Assembly (NCBI RefSeq): GCF_001194135.2
Contig: NC_069009.1
Span: 4,744,677 to 4,801,469 of the forward strand
Length of the DNA: 56,793 nt
Reading direction: 5' to 3'
Source of the DNA: Octopus bimaculoides
Lineage: Eukaryota
The notes under the pieces are model-generated. The model had not been told where the DNA came from. It saw nothing but the letters and a program-made list of their open reading frames with translations, and did no database searches. Position numbers and translations under genes: made by a program. Positions 22,777 through 35,917 of this stretch are shown piece after piece (the first letter of the stretch is position 1; every line of letters begins with the position of its first letter).

Positions 22777-24865
22777 CATACATACATATGCACAAACATG
22801 CAACATTATTCTAAATTATGCATGTACACAGATTTTATAAAATAAACACCCATATATTGACATCCTGTTTATTATTATTATCGTTATTATTATTATTATT
22901 ATTATGAATATTATCATTATTATGAATATTATTATTATTATCAAAGGACACTATAAGCTTTTTTTATAAATAATACTTGCAGAAACCTCATGAAAATAAT
23001 CTGAAATCTATTGATAACAATGTGTGCATGCATGTGTGTGTATACATATATGTATATATATATATATATTTATAAATGTGTGTGTATATGTACATATGTA
23101 TCATATTTAGTCATTGTTGAAACACAACACTAGGCATACATGGGTTCCTGTATTATTTACTCTTTAAAACATTTGTAGGATTATTTCTTTTCTTTATCAA
23201 CTGATAAACATTTATATGATATCTCCTACGTTTCCTTGATATCATATACGCGATATGGAGCATATGATATTATTTTCATGTGGAATTGAGAAAGGACAAA
23301 AAGTGAAAAAAAAAAAAAAATGGGGGGAAAAAACAATTTATAAAAAAAAAAATATATATAAAAATATAAAGGTACAAAAATACGATAAAAAAATATTTTA
23401 TAATTGAAGTGGAAATCTAAGTGGGAACGAAAATATTTCTTCAGATTTTGGATTTTTTGGGGTTCTGGTTTCTTTTTGTGGCATCGGAAGACATTGGGTG
23501 GTGTTGGTGCTAGTGGGGTGATGGTTTAGGTGGTGTTGGTCGTGGTTGTAGAAGTGGTGTTTTNNNNNNNNNNNNNNNNNNNNNNNNNNNNNNNNNNNNN
23601 NNNNNNNNNNNNNNNNNNNNNNNNNNNNNNNNNNNNNNNNNNNNNNNNNNNNNNNNNNNNNNNNNNNNNNNNNNNNNNNNNNNNNNNNNNNNNNNNNNNN
23701 NNNNNNNNNNNNNNNNNNNNNNNNNNNNNNNNNNNNNNNNNNNNNNNNNNNNNNNNNNNNNNNNNNNNNNNNNNNNNNNNNNNNNNNNNNNNNNNNNNNN
23801 NNNNNNNNNNNNNNNNNNNNNNNNNNNNNNNNNNNNNNNNNNNNNNNNNNNNNNNNNNNNNNNNNNNNNNNNNNNNNNNNNNNNNNNNNNNNNNNNNNNN
23901 NNNNNNNNNNNNNNNNNNNNNNNNNNNNNNNNNNNNNNNNNNNNNNNNNNNNNNNNNNNNNNNNNNNNNNNNNNNNNNNNNNNNNNNNNNNNNNNNNNNN
24001 NNNNNNNNNNNNNNNNNNNNNNNNNNNNNNNNNNNNNNNNNNNNNNNNNNNNNNNNNNNNNNNNNNNNNNNNNNNNNNNNNNNNNNNNNNNNNNNNNNNN
24101 NNNNNNNNNNNNNNNNNNNNNNNNNNNNNNNNNNNNNNNNNNNNNNNNNNNNNNNNNNNNNNNNNNNNNNNNNNNGTGGTGATGATGGTGGTGGTGTGGT
24201 GGTGGTGATGATGGTGGTGGTGATGATGGTGGTGATGGTGATGGTGGTGGTGGTGGTGGTGGTGACGGTGGTACTGGTGGTGATGATGTGGTGATAGTGG
24301 TGGTGATGGTGGTGATTGTAGTGGTGGTGGTGGTGGTGGTGGAGATGCTGGCGCTTGTAGTGGTGGTGATGGTGTTGGTGGTGATGGTGTTGGTGGTGAT
24401 GGTGGTGATGGTGTTGGTGGTGATGGTGTTGAAGGTTGTCTAGAGAAGGTTGTTGTCAGTTTTGTTGTTTTTATTAGTTGTCATTGTAGATGTTGCTGTT
24501 GTTTTCTTTCTTAGAAAATTTTGTTTGTCCAATTAAAAGTCTTGTAAAGGAAGATACAAAAGGACTCACCACAATTGTGGAAGTTCAACTTTCTTATCAA
24601 TACATACATACATACATACATACATGCTTACATACATACATACATACATACATACATGCTGACATTCATACATACATACATTGATACATACATGCTTACA
24701 TACATACATAAATACATACATACAAACATATATACATACATGCTTACATGCATACATACAAACATACATACATACAAACATACATACATACATGCTTACA
24801 TACATACATACATACAAACATATGTACATATAATTATATATACATATATGTATATATTTATATAT

Positions 24866-25085
24866 AGTGAATCCAGAAAAAAATGAAGAACAAACACAAA
24901 CAAAAAGAAACAACAATGCGAGGACATGGTACATGCAAGGTATTAGCAGATGCTTAGGGAAGGAAAGAAAAGTAGTTTTACGTTTTGAGCAAAGCTCTTT
25001 GTCAGAAACAGGAGATGGAGGAAAGTCCAAGCGGAAAGGAAGATGGAAGGAAAAAAATCACCAACGATTCACATGTGATTATACA
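24866..25085 (-). mobile_element. Repeat family F with decayed hammerhead-like motif at 24975-25009
   Basis: Minus strand GUUU-CUGACAA-A-GAGC(uuu)GCUC-AAA-ACGU-A-AAAC. G8 and G12 are lost by CpG-type changes. Confidence 0.62.
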
Positions 25086-25560
25086 CACATACATGTACAT
25101 ATAGACATCTCCTGTCCAAGCTTGACTTATGTATTTGCCACCACAACCTTGTTTAGGCTTAGCAGCCCTTCCTGCTTGTTTTCACTGTCCTGTTTGTGTT
25201 ACCAATTTTGACCCTCCACAAAATCCCAAATTTTATTCAATTTGCTTTGCAGAAGCAAATGTTTTATCGAAAGCATATCTTATTGTGAAATGCTCAAAAT
25301 ACGAGGTAGAAGAACAGCCAACAACTGATGAAGGGTCATTCTTTGTGTTGTTTGTCGTATTTTCCATTTGTGTTTTTTGTTGTTTAAAAAAATATATATA
25401 TATATCCTCATCATCATCATTTAACATCCATCTTCTATGCATGCATGGGTAGGACAGTTGACAGGAACTAACCACGTTGAAGAATACTCCAAGCTACTGT
25501 GTCCATTTGGCAGGGGTTTTATGGTTGGATACTCTTCCTAACACCAACCACCCTGCAACG

Positions 25561-26040
25561 AAACAGCCTGCTCATGAAATTAACATGCAAGTGGCTGACC
25601 ACTCCACAGACACGTGTACCCTTAACGTAGTTCTTGAGGAGACTCAGTTTGACACAGTGTGTCACAAGGCTGGCCCTTTAAAATACAGGTACAACAGAAA
25701 CAAAAAGAAAGAGTGAGTTAGTTGTGGTGAAAGAATACAAGAGGGGTCGCCACCACCCACTGCTGGAACCTCAGGGAGCTTTAAGTGTTTTCAGTCAATA
25801 AACACATAGTTCTTGGGGAGACTCAGTTTGACACAGTGTGTCACAAGGCTGGCCCTTTAAAATACAGGTACAACAGAAACAAGCAGAAAGAGTGAGTTAG
25901 TTGTGGTGAAAGAATACAACAGGGGTCGCCACCACCCACTGCTGGAACCTCATGGAGCGTTAAGTGTTTTCGCTCGATAAAAACACTCACAGCGCCCGGT
26001 CTGGGAATCGAAACCACGATCCTACAACTGTGAGTCCGCT
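25561..26040 (-). mobile_element. tRNA-derived SINE family H with a 179-bp internal tandem duplication
   Basis: Head on the minus strand agcggactcacagttgtaggatcgtggtttcgattcccagaccggg (B box). Unit tagttcttg.ggagactcagtttgacacag... starts at 25628 and 25807. Confidence 0.75.
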
Positions 26041-26245
26041 TCTCAAAACCAGAGAGGAGAAAGCTAATTCGAAGACTACAAATCCAAGCCATCAATGGAC
26101 CTGTAAAAATCTGTAGAACTTTCCAGAAGTTTATCAATTCAATATATATGATCATGTCTTGATATGCATGAGAATACATACAAATCTGCACATATACATA
26201 CATACAAAAATACCATGTTAATGTCGAAATTGCAATGCAGAAGCC

Positions 26246-26520
26246 TTGGATCTAGGTTAGAAACCGGCTCTTTCTCTATTAGCTAGAAATTTTGAAATAA
26301 AACCAAATAATGACATATATACATACATACGTACATACATGCACACATAGCATACATACATACATACAAACCTGCATACATGCCTACATGCACACAAAAG
26401 TACCCTTTGGATGTTGTTGAAATTCTAATGAAAGGTGCCTTGGATATAGGTTAGAAACCGGCGCTTTCTCTATTGGGTAGAAATCTTGAAACAAAACTGA
26501 ATAATGACATACATACATAT
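26246..26520 (+). repeat. Two diverged direct copies of an ~85-bp motif, period ~193 bp
   Basis: ccttggat.taggttagaaaccggc.ctttctctatt...aataatgacata at 26246 and ~26439. Confidence 0.7.
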
Positions 26521-26533
26521 ATATATATATATA

Positions 26534-26920
26534 GGCGTAGGAGTGACTGTGTGGTAAGTAGCTTGCTTACCAACCACATGGTCCCGGGTTCAGTCCCACT
26601 GCGTGGCATCTTGGGCAAGTGTCTTCTACTATAGCCTCGGGCTGACCAAAGCCTTGTGAGTGGATTTGGTAGACGGAAACTGAAAGAAGCCCATCGTATG
26701 TATGTATGTATGTGTTTGTGTGTCTGTCTTTGTCCCCCCCAACATCGCTTGACAACCGATGCTGGTGTGTTTATGTCCCCGTAACTTAGCGGTTCGGCAA
26801 AAGAGACCAATAGAATAAGTACTAGGCTTCTAAAGAATAAGTATCCTGGGGTCGATTTGCTCGACTAAAGGTGGTGCTCCAGCATGGCCACAGTCAAAAG
26901 ACTGAAACAAGTAAAATAGT
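26534..26920 (+). mobile_element. SINE family A, full length
   Basis: Complete copy. Confidence 0.92.
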
Positions 26921-27545
26921 AAATAGTATATATATGTGTGTGTGTGTGTGTGTCAGTATATACCCTAGAGAGAGAGAAAGAGAGAGAGAGAGTGAGAAAG
27001 TGAAAGACAGAGCAATGACAATAAGGAAGGCACATTCTAAATATTGGACACCACACAAAAACTGTTAAATTCTCTATTTCGAGAGGTGTCAAATAATTTT
27101 TGTCACACGGCAGTAATATAATCAGAGACAGTTTCAAGGCAAATATTCCACTGAAAATTTATCCGTGACCAGGCTTCAGGCGCATGCTGAAGATTTTGAC
27201 ATCTTAAACAAAATAAATTTAAATTGAATTTTACAAGTTTATGTGTTATAAAATGGCAGGATGCCTCTTAAATGGTTTTATGGCTTCACTTCTTCAGTTT
27301 TAGTACAACATGATCTTGAATGTTAAACGATATACAAATACAATTCTGAAATATATTTATGTATATGTCTACCTGCCTGCCTGCATTCCTGCATACAAAC
27401 TATCCCTCTATCTGTCTGTCTGTCTCTGTGTTAATATATCTCCCTATCTATCTATCTATTTCTCTGTCTGTCGGTCTCTCTCAATGTCTATCAATTCCTC
27501 TACCTACTAGCCTACTTCCCTATCTCTCAAACTATCTATCGATCC

Positions 27546-27583
<38 letters not shown>

Positions 27584-28669
27584 ATCTGTCATTCTATCTG
27601 TCTGTCTGTCCCTAACCCTAACCCTAACCCCATCCATCCGTTCACTCAACCATCCACTTATCTATCTATCTATCTATCTGTCCATCCATCCATCTGTCTG
27701 TCTTTCTGTCTGTCTATTTATCTATCTATCTGTCTATTTATCTATCTATCTGTCTATTTATCTATCTATCTGTCTTTCTCTTTCTGTCTTTCTTTCTCTT
27801 TCTCTTTCTGTCTTTCTTTCTCTTTCTGTCTTTCTTTCTCTTTCTGTCTTTCTTTCTCTTTCTCTTTCTTTCTCTTTCTATTTAACAACAAACATTCTTG
27901 CCTCTCTCTCAAACTATCTATCTATATATACATACATACATATATACATACATACACATGTCTGTCTGTCCTTCCATCCGTTTATCTATCTATCTATCTA
28001 TATATCTATCTATCTCTTTATCTATCTATCTGTCTGTCTGTCTGTCTGTCTATCTGTCTGTTTATTTATCTATCTGCCTGTCCGACCGTCCGTCCATCCA
28101 TCCATCCATGTATCTACATGTGCTTCAGAATAAAACATTAGTTGAGTACAGAGCGTAATATAAAATTAAATATATGACAAAGGAACAGGAAATTCAGCAA
28201 TGAACTACATTAGTAGTCAGTTCATTTAATTTCCTATTTTTGAGGCAGCTATGGGGAGAATGGTGGTGGTGGTGGTGGTGGTGGTGAGGATGATGGTGAT
28301 TACACCTGTGATGGTACTTGTGGTCATTATAGTGGTGGTGATTTGGTGATGATGATTGTGGTGGTGGTGGTGGTGGTTATGATGGTTGTGGTTGTTATGG
28401 TGTTGGTGGTTACGGTTGAGGTAATAATAGTTATGATGGTGGCAATGATGATGATAGGGGCAACACCTGTTGTTGCTGCTGTTACAGTTCTTACTGATAG
28501 TGTTATCATTATTATTGCTGTTGTCATTGTTGTAGTTATTCTTCCTGCTTTTGCAATGCTTGTTATTGTTATTGTTAACAGCGCTGACTTTGCTCTCACC
28601 ATTGTATCCTGTTGTTATTTATGCCAGATGTTGCTGTTGTTGTTGTCGTTGGCAATCTTTCATCTTTTA

Positions 28670-29296
28670 TCTCCTTTACTTCTTTCAGTCGTTTGACTGT
28701 AGCCATGCTGGGGCACCACCTTGAATTTTTCATCGAATGAATCTACTACAGAACTCATTCTTTGTAAGCCTAGTACTAATTCTCTCGGTCTCTTTTGCCG
28801 AACCACTAAGTTACAGGGATGTAAACACACCAACACCAGTTGTCAAGTGGTGACACGGAGACAAACACACACACACACACACACATATGTATGACAGGCT
28901 TCTTTTAGTTTCTTATTTCTTTACTGCCCACAAGGGGCTACACACAGAGGGGACAAACAAGGACAGACAAACGGATTAAGTCGATTATATCAACCCCAGT
29001 GCGTACCTGGTACTTATTTAATCGACCCCGAAAGGATGAAAGGCAAAGTCGACCTCGGCGGAATTTGAACTCAGAATGTAGCGGCAGACGAAATACCGCT
29101 AAGCATTTTGCCCGGCGTGCTACCGATTCTGCCAGCTCGCCACTTTCTTTCAGTTTCTGTCTACCAAATTCACTCACAAGGCTTTGGTTGGCCTGAGGCT
29201 ATAATAGAAGATACTTGCCCAAGGTTCCACACAGTGGGACTGAACCTGGAACCATGTGGTTGGTAAGCAAGCTTCTTACCACACAACCACTCCTGC
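28670..29296 (-). mobile_element. SINE A interrupted by a full-length SINE B (28914-29141)
   Basis: The A halves flank B. Target duplication ttcttttagtttct (28900-28913) / ttctttcagtttct (29145-29158). Confidence 0.85.
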
Positions 29297-30074
29297 ACAG
29301 TGGTAGCAATAGTATTTTCCTTATTGTTTTTTTTTTTGTTGTTGTCGCTCTCCTAAACTTTGGTGAATTTGCAGCTATTTCTGCATCATGTTATTGTTGT
29401 TAATTCCGATCTAGCTGTTGCTGTTGTTGTCAATCTTAATGTTGTTGTTATTGTTAATTCCAAAGCAGTTGTTGTTGTTGCTGTTGTAGTTGCTTGGTTT
29501 GTTTTGTTCAATTAAACTCTTGGAAACAAGATACAAAAATATCGATGCCGCAGAAGTTCAAATTTCTTGTCAATACACAAAGAATTCCTCAAACAACACA
29601 CACACACATAAATGCACGTACACACACACACACGTGTGCACACATACACACACACGTGTGCACACACAGCAGAAAACCAAGATAAATATTTATAAAGAGA
29701 GAAAGCAGGCACAGGTATTCCCTTAGTGGTGAAGATGTTTGTTTATAGCCACGGCATGACTGTGAGTTCAATTCCTTAGTATGGAACCTTGAACACATAT
29801 TTTCTACTGTAATCAAAATCTAATCAAAGAAAACATTCAACTTCATCATCATCGTCATTGCCGTCATCATCATCATCATCATCATCATCATCACCATCAT
29901 TGTTAGCATGATTTTGATGGAGTTGAGGATGATGAGGATGATGTCATTGTCGCCATTATTGTCATCAGGGCCATCATCATCATCACCATCATCATTACCT
30001 TATCATCACCATCAATATCTTTATCACCACCAATACCACTATCATCATCATCATCATCATCCTCATTATCATCG

Positions 30075-30228
30075 TTACGTCCCTGTAACTTAGCGGTTCG
30101 GCAAAAGAGACCGATATAATAAGTACTAGGCTTACAAAGAATAAGTCCTGAGGTAGATCTGCTCGACTAAAGGCGGTGCTCCAGCATGGCTGCAGTCAAA
30201 TGACTGAAACAAGTAAAAGAGTAAAGAG
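30075..30228 (+). mobile_element. SINE family A, 3' part
   Basis: cgtccctgtaacttagcggttcggcaaaagagaccga...aaacaagtaaaagagtaaagag. Confidence 0.88.
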
Positions 30229-31176
30229 AGTGTATACACAGGGCTGGCCTTAGGAGGTGTGGGGCCCAATTGGCTGAGATGAGGGAAGGAATTTCTGAGG
30301 GTCCATCCTACCCTAACCCTTTCTGATTTCCATGGCAAAAAATCATTTGCGGCATATTAGGAGATGAGATTAGTTGATAGCACAAGAAAAAAAATGAGGA
30401 AGAACATTATTTCCCACCAAAATCAAGTTAGATGTTAAACTATAATTTTAACAAAAATTTTCACCATCACGAAGCGAAATTACGTCTAAGCTACGTTTTT
30501 TAAAAATATTCTGGCAAAAATTGGAAAGAAATTTAACATGATCACAAAGAAACTTTTATCGCTAAAATGTAAATTAATAATTAAAATTTTTCAGAAGCTG
30601 GTTATGTACTTGTATTTTTTTTCTATAACCTCTGTTATAGAAAACACCGTCCTGTCTCTGTGGTAAGAAGACTGTTGCTTAGCTGTATGGTTCTGGGTTT
30701 AGCACCACTGTGTGACAGCAAATGTCTCCTCCTATAGCCCTGTGTGTGTGTGGCTGTGTGTTTGTTCTTGTCCAAAAACCTAAATGGTTGTCATTGCAAA
30801 GAGGTTTTCTCTTTTGTACAAGAGACAAGAAATTTTATCTCACCTCCCTTATCTCTCTCTCTCTCTCTCTCTCGCTCTCACTGTACACACACACATACAC
30901 ACGCACACACATGTGCGTGCATGTGTGTATGTATACAGTTCACCACACACTGAAATATACATACACGTACAATCATGCGCATGACTAACATAAACACACA
31001 TATGCGTACATTCACACAAATACAAAGACCTCAACCAAACCAAACCAAACCATCATGAAAAATAATTGAACTCTTAACCTTTGTTTAACCATGTCTTTTT
31101 GACAGAAATTCTTGTCGCTAAAATACTGAGCACTGAATTCTTTTACACAAACACATTTAGCCTTTTGCTTTCTTTA

Positions 31177-31209
<33 letters not shown>

Positions 31210-32530
31210 TAATATAATATAGGATAAATTCTTTATAAGAATTTATCAAGTAGTCAGCGTGAAAAAACCTCATAATGAAAAAATAACGAAAAATTTTCGT
31301 AATGAGAAAATTCATCGTTTCTTCATAGATATATTTAATAATATATAAAGGGCATTAACTGTGCATCAATGCCTCACGCTATCGAGGGACTAAATAAGTA
31401 AAAAAAACTACCAAAAATAAGTAACATATTTACCGAAAGCGAGGGAATGCAGCTTTTCAAAATTTATCTCTTAAAAACATTCAACTCAACGGTAGACCAC
31501 TGGTTTCTCAATCAAATACAGNNNNNNNNNNNNNNNNNNNNNNNNNNNNNNNNNNNNNNNNNNNNNNNNNNNNNNNNNNNNNNNNNNNNNNNNNNNNNNN
31601 NNNNNNNNNNNNNNNNNNNNNNNNNNNNNNNNNNNNNNNNNNNNNNNNNNNNNNNNNNNNNNNNNNNNNNNNNNNNNNNNNNNNNNNNNNNNNNNNNNNN
31701 NNNNNNNNNNNNNNNNNNNNNNNNNNNNNNNNNNNNNNNNNNNNNNNNNNNNNNNNNNNNNNNNNNNNNNNNNNNNNNNNNNNNNNNNNNNNNNNNNNNN
31801 NNNNNNNNNNNNNNNNNNNNNNNNNNNNNNNNNNNNNNNNNNNNNNNNNNNNNNNNNNNNNNNNNNNNNNNNNNNNNNNNNNNNNNNNNNNNNNNNNNNN
31901 NNNNNNNNNNNNNNNNNNNNNNNNNNNNNNNNNNNNNNNNNNNNNNNNNNNNNNNNNNNNNNNNNNNNNNNNNNNNNNNNNNNNNNNNNNNNNNNNNNNN
32001 NNNNNNNNNNNNNNNNNNNNNNNNNNNNNNNNNNNNNNNNNNNNNNNNNNNNNNNNNNNNNNNNNNNNNNNNNNNNNNNNNNNNNNNNNNNNNNNNNNNN
32101 NNNNNNNNNNNNNNNNNNNNNNNNNNNNNNNNNNNNNNNNNNNNNNNNNNNNNNNNNNNNNNNNNNNNNNNNNNNNNNNNNNNNNNNNNNNNNNNNNNNN
32201 NNNNNNNNNNNNNNNNNNNNNNNNNNNNNNNNNNNNNNNNNNNNNNNNNNNNNNNNNNNNNNNNNNNNNNNNNNNNNNNNNNNNNNNNNNNNNNNNNNNN
32301 NNNNNNNNNNNNNNNNNNNNNNNNNNNNNNNNNNNNNNNNNNNNNNNNNNNNNNNNNNNNNNNNNNNNNNNNNNNNNNNNNNNNNNNNNNNNNNNNNNNN
32401 NNNATATATATTTATATATAAATAAATATAGGGATGGTATTATTAAAATACCATCACAAGTGGCAAGTGAATTATCAGCCATACAGGCAAATTAATAAAA
32501 TATATACATACAATATTAACTATGTGCATA

Positions 32531-33018
32531 CCGTAAATCCTCGATTATAGTCTGCCCTTGAGTATAATGCGCAGGGGATTTTTAGGGGGCTGTACCTCTG
32601 AAAAACCTAAACCTTGTGTATAATACGCACCCCTTCTCTAACTTGAGTCAAGGCGGTCTATATAACATCCTTGGTTTGTAAACATATATACGGTAACGTC
32701 CTTTATTATTATTGTATATATAACATAATGCAAACGTGTAGCTTTTTTGTGCACTTTGTTTGCAGAAAATAAAGAAATAACAGTAATAATGTCAGGGAAA
32801 AATAAATATTAAGTAAATGGCCTTTACATATTTATCACTATCAGTTACAAGCCCGACATCATAAAATGCGTCTGAATAAACATTGCCGGACAGAAAATAG
32901 AGACTCGGACATTGCTTAGAAAATATGTTTCATTTTTAACCTCGTATATAGTATGCACTAGGGATTTTGACCTTTAAATTTTGGGGAAAAAATGTGGATT
33001 ATACTCGAGGATTTACGG
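32531..33018. mobile_element. 488-bp Tc1/mariner-superfamily (Tc2-like) MITE
   Basis: TIRs ccgtaaatcctcgattatag / ttatactcgaggatttacgg (18/20), TA on both sides (32529-30, 33019-20), subterminal gtataat.cgca motifs. Confidence 0.88.
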
Positions 33019-33769
33019 TATGTACACATGGGTACTACATGAGTACCTATATTGCTAAAAAATAGAAGTCAAAAAATACTTCTGTACCACTGAATAGTCA
33101 CAAATCTATTACAGACATGATAGGAAAAAATATCAGTGAACAATAATAATGCCTTACCTCTACTGGGTCAGAACAAGTAAATGCTGGTCAACTTGGTTTC
33201 GAAATTTAGTGCCAAATAGGTGCCTGATTTCTCATCAGCCAAAGTCGCTATTTAAATAGAGATTAAAATAGCCTCATTAAAGGATAAAAATAACCAAGGA
33301 ATTACTGGTACATCACTTATTATTTTTTGTGAATAGTAATATTCATAAAATAATAGGTTTAAATATAAATCTTGGTTTATAAATGTTCAAATTAAAATTC
33401 AGAAAATGGAGCGATAAACATTAATATAATTTACTAACGCCAAAAATTCAACATATTCATTTACAGCTGTTTTGATTTTTCTCAAAGAATTAAATTCCAA
33501 TAATTAAAAACATTACATTAGGCAAAATCTCATCAGAGGAGTAGAAAAGACATACTGTTAGGTTATTAGATGTTATTGACAATTAGTAGCGAAACTCGAG
33601 TCCAGGATTAACTAATTCATTTTTTGTTCATGCCTCATGAATTCTCTTTTTGCGGTTTGAGTTTTAACTGGTCTTTTTAGCATGTAAGGAATCCTGTCAA
33701 TGGTCTCCTCTTTGTGTATAAAAGTATTCTATACACTCTTAAATATATATATTATATATAATATATATC

Positions 33770-33945
33770 TACACTCTCTGAGTGGTTGGCGTTAGGAAGG
33801 GCATCCAGCTGTAGAAACTCTGCCAAATTAGATTGGAGCCTGGTGTTGCCATCCGGTTTCACCAGTCCTCAGTCAAATCGTCCAACCCATGCTAGCATGG
33901 AAAGCGGACGTTAAACGATGATGATGATGATGATGATGATGATAT
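33770..33945 (+). mobile_element. SINE family C, 3' part with (GAT)n tail
   Basis: ctctctgagtggttggcgttaggaagggcatccagctgtagaaac...catgctagcatggaaagcggacgttaaacgatgatgatg. Confidence 0.88.
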
Positions 33946-34498
33946 GCTTATGTATATGATTGTGCATGTATATGTCAGTCATCATAAGTGTTGTTGTTAA
34001 GGAGCTGTGGAAACTCCTTAATAACAGCAACAACAACAAACATAAAGTCTCCACCACCAACAGCAACAACGTCCACCACTGTCATCATTGCTACTACTGG
34101 CAACAATGACAACAACAACAACAACAGCACATTTGAAAACAATGACACTCCNNNNNNNNNNNNNNNNNNNNNNNNNNNNNNNNNNNNNNNNNNNNNNNNN
34201 NNNNNNNNNNNNNNNNNNNNNNNNNNNNNNNNNNNNNNNNNNNNNNNNNNNNNNNNNNNNNNNNNNNNNNNNNNNNNNNNNNNNNNNNNNNNNNNNNNNN
34301 NNNNNNNNNNNNNNNNNNNNNNNNNNNNNNNNNNNNNNNNNNNNNNNNNNNNNNNNNNNNNNNNNNNNNNNNNNNNNNNNNNNNNNNNNNNNNNNNNNNN
34401 NNNNNNNNNNNNNNNNNNNNNNNNNNNNNNNNNNNNNNNNNNNNNNNNNNNNNNNNNNNNNNTAGCAGTAGTTGTAATAGTAATAGTGGTTGCTGTAG

Positions 34499-34536
<38 letters not shown>

Positions 34537-34707
34537 TTTGTTGTTGCAGTAGCAAAAATAGAAGTACTTGTAGTAGTAGTAGTAGTAGGTGGTGGTAGTA
34601 GTAGTAGTAGTAGGTGGTGGTGGTAGTAGTAGATGGTGGTTGTAGTAGCAGGTGGTAGTAGTAGTAGTAGCAGGTGGCAATAGTAGTAGGTGGTGGTAGT
34701 AGTAGCA

Positions 34708-34758
<51 letters not shown>

Positions 34759-35166
34759 TGAATCACTGCACCTCCTTTACTTCCCGACTTCCTCAGTCCA
34801 GTCCACCCTCACCCCACCCCTTACTGTCCCTATTCCAAAAACGAAGTCCACAAACCTTTAGCCAATATTCACATTTAGTTTTCTGCAGAGTGGAGATGCT
34901 CTTCAGGCAGATACAAAGAATACAAGTCCTCACTGCACTTCTTTGCTGCTGCCGCTGCAGTGTCTGCTACTGCTGCAGATGCAATGATGCATGAGACAAA
35001 CTGCATCGTGAAAATGTCAGCCACTTTTGGAAAGAGTCTTCAAGTTTTACCAATGCTTGCATCTGTTCCAGCAGAGCATTAAATGCTTGAGTGCAACGGC
35101 GCTGCCAAGATGCAAGAGAATATCTGTGGCGTCTGTCTCAACTAATCTGTGTCTTGTGCTTTGCGT

Positions 35167-35321
35167 ATAGGCTGTGTGGTAAGAAGCTTGCTTGTCAACC
35201 ACGTGATTCTGGGTTCAGTCCCACTGCATGGCACCATGGGCAAATGTCTTCTATTATGGCTTTGAGCTGACCAAAACCTTGTGAGTGGATTTGTTAGATG
35301 GAAACTGAAAGAAGCCTGTTG

Positions 35322-35365
<44 letters not shown>

Positions 35366-35642
35366 AGTGTGTGTGAGTGTGTGTGTATGTGTGTGCCCAT
35401 GCATATGTGTGTGTGTGTGGGGTGGTGGTGGTGCATGTCTTTGTATCAGTGTTTCTCTACTACCACCGTCTGACAACCAGTGTTGGTGTGTTTATATCCC
35501 TGTAAATTAGTAGCTCAGCAAAAGAAAATGGTAGAAAAAGTTCAAGACTTAAAAAAGGAGTCTTGGGATTTCTTCATTTCACTAAAAGTTTTGAAGGCAC
35601 TGCCCCAGCATGGCCACAGTCTAGTAACTGAAACAAGTAGAG
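35167..35642 (+). mobile_element. SINE family A (variant tail)
   Basis: Head, body and tail; the tail is interrupted by the hAT MITE. Confidence 0.82.
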
Positions 35643-35917
35643 CAGGGGTTTTCAAACTTTTTGACTTGCGGACCCCTTTATATTTCAGGCTTTACCTTAG
35701 GGACCCCCTTATAAACGCTAATGAAATTTATACATAAATATTTGCTTAGAATAACATATATTTTTACATTTATTTATTTAACAGTATTTAACAAATAGGT
35801 TTATTGTCAATTAAAAGATTTCGATTAAAAAACACATATAAAATCAAATTGCCCATAAAAAGTATTTGTTGTCCACAGAGCCCCTGTGGTCCGCGGACCA
35901 CAGTTTGAAAACTCTCG
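35643..35917. mobile_element. 275-bp hAT MITE (Charlie/MER-like)
   Basis: TIRs caggggttttcaaact / agtttgaaaactctcg and a perfect 8-bp TSD aagtagag at 35635-35642 and 35918-35925. Confidence 0.9.

Noticed and set aside
25253-25452. Acceptor plus ORF EANVLSKAYLIVKCSKYE...FFVLFVVFSICVFCC (TM-like)
   Set aside because: The hydrophobic part is simply T-rich DNA running into a SINE C tail, and the donors are weak; unresolved without RNA data.
27610-27630. (CCCTAA)3 telomere-like repeat
   Set aside because: Only three units inside a CT-rich microsatellite field; expected by chance or slippage.
30239-30654. hAT-like ends cagggctggcc ... ccgtcctg
   Set aside because: Flanking 8-mers (tgtataca vs tctctgtg) do not match, so a complete element is not supported.
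31490-31507. Minus-strand GAAAC-CAGT-GGTC resembling a hammerhead 3' half
   Set aside because: No CUGANGA or stem II is visible before the adjacent N gap, so it cannot be evaluated.
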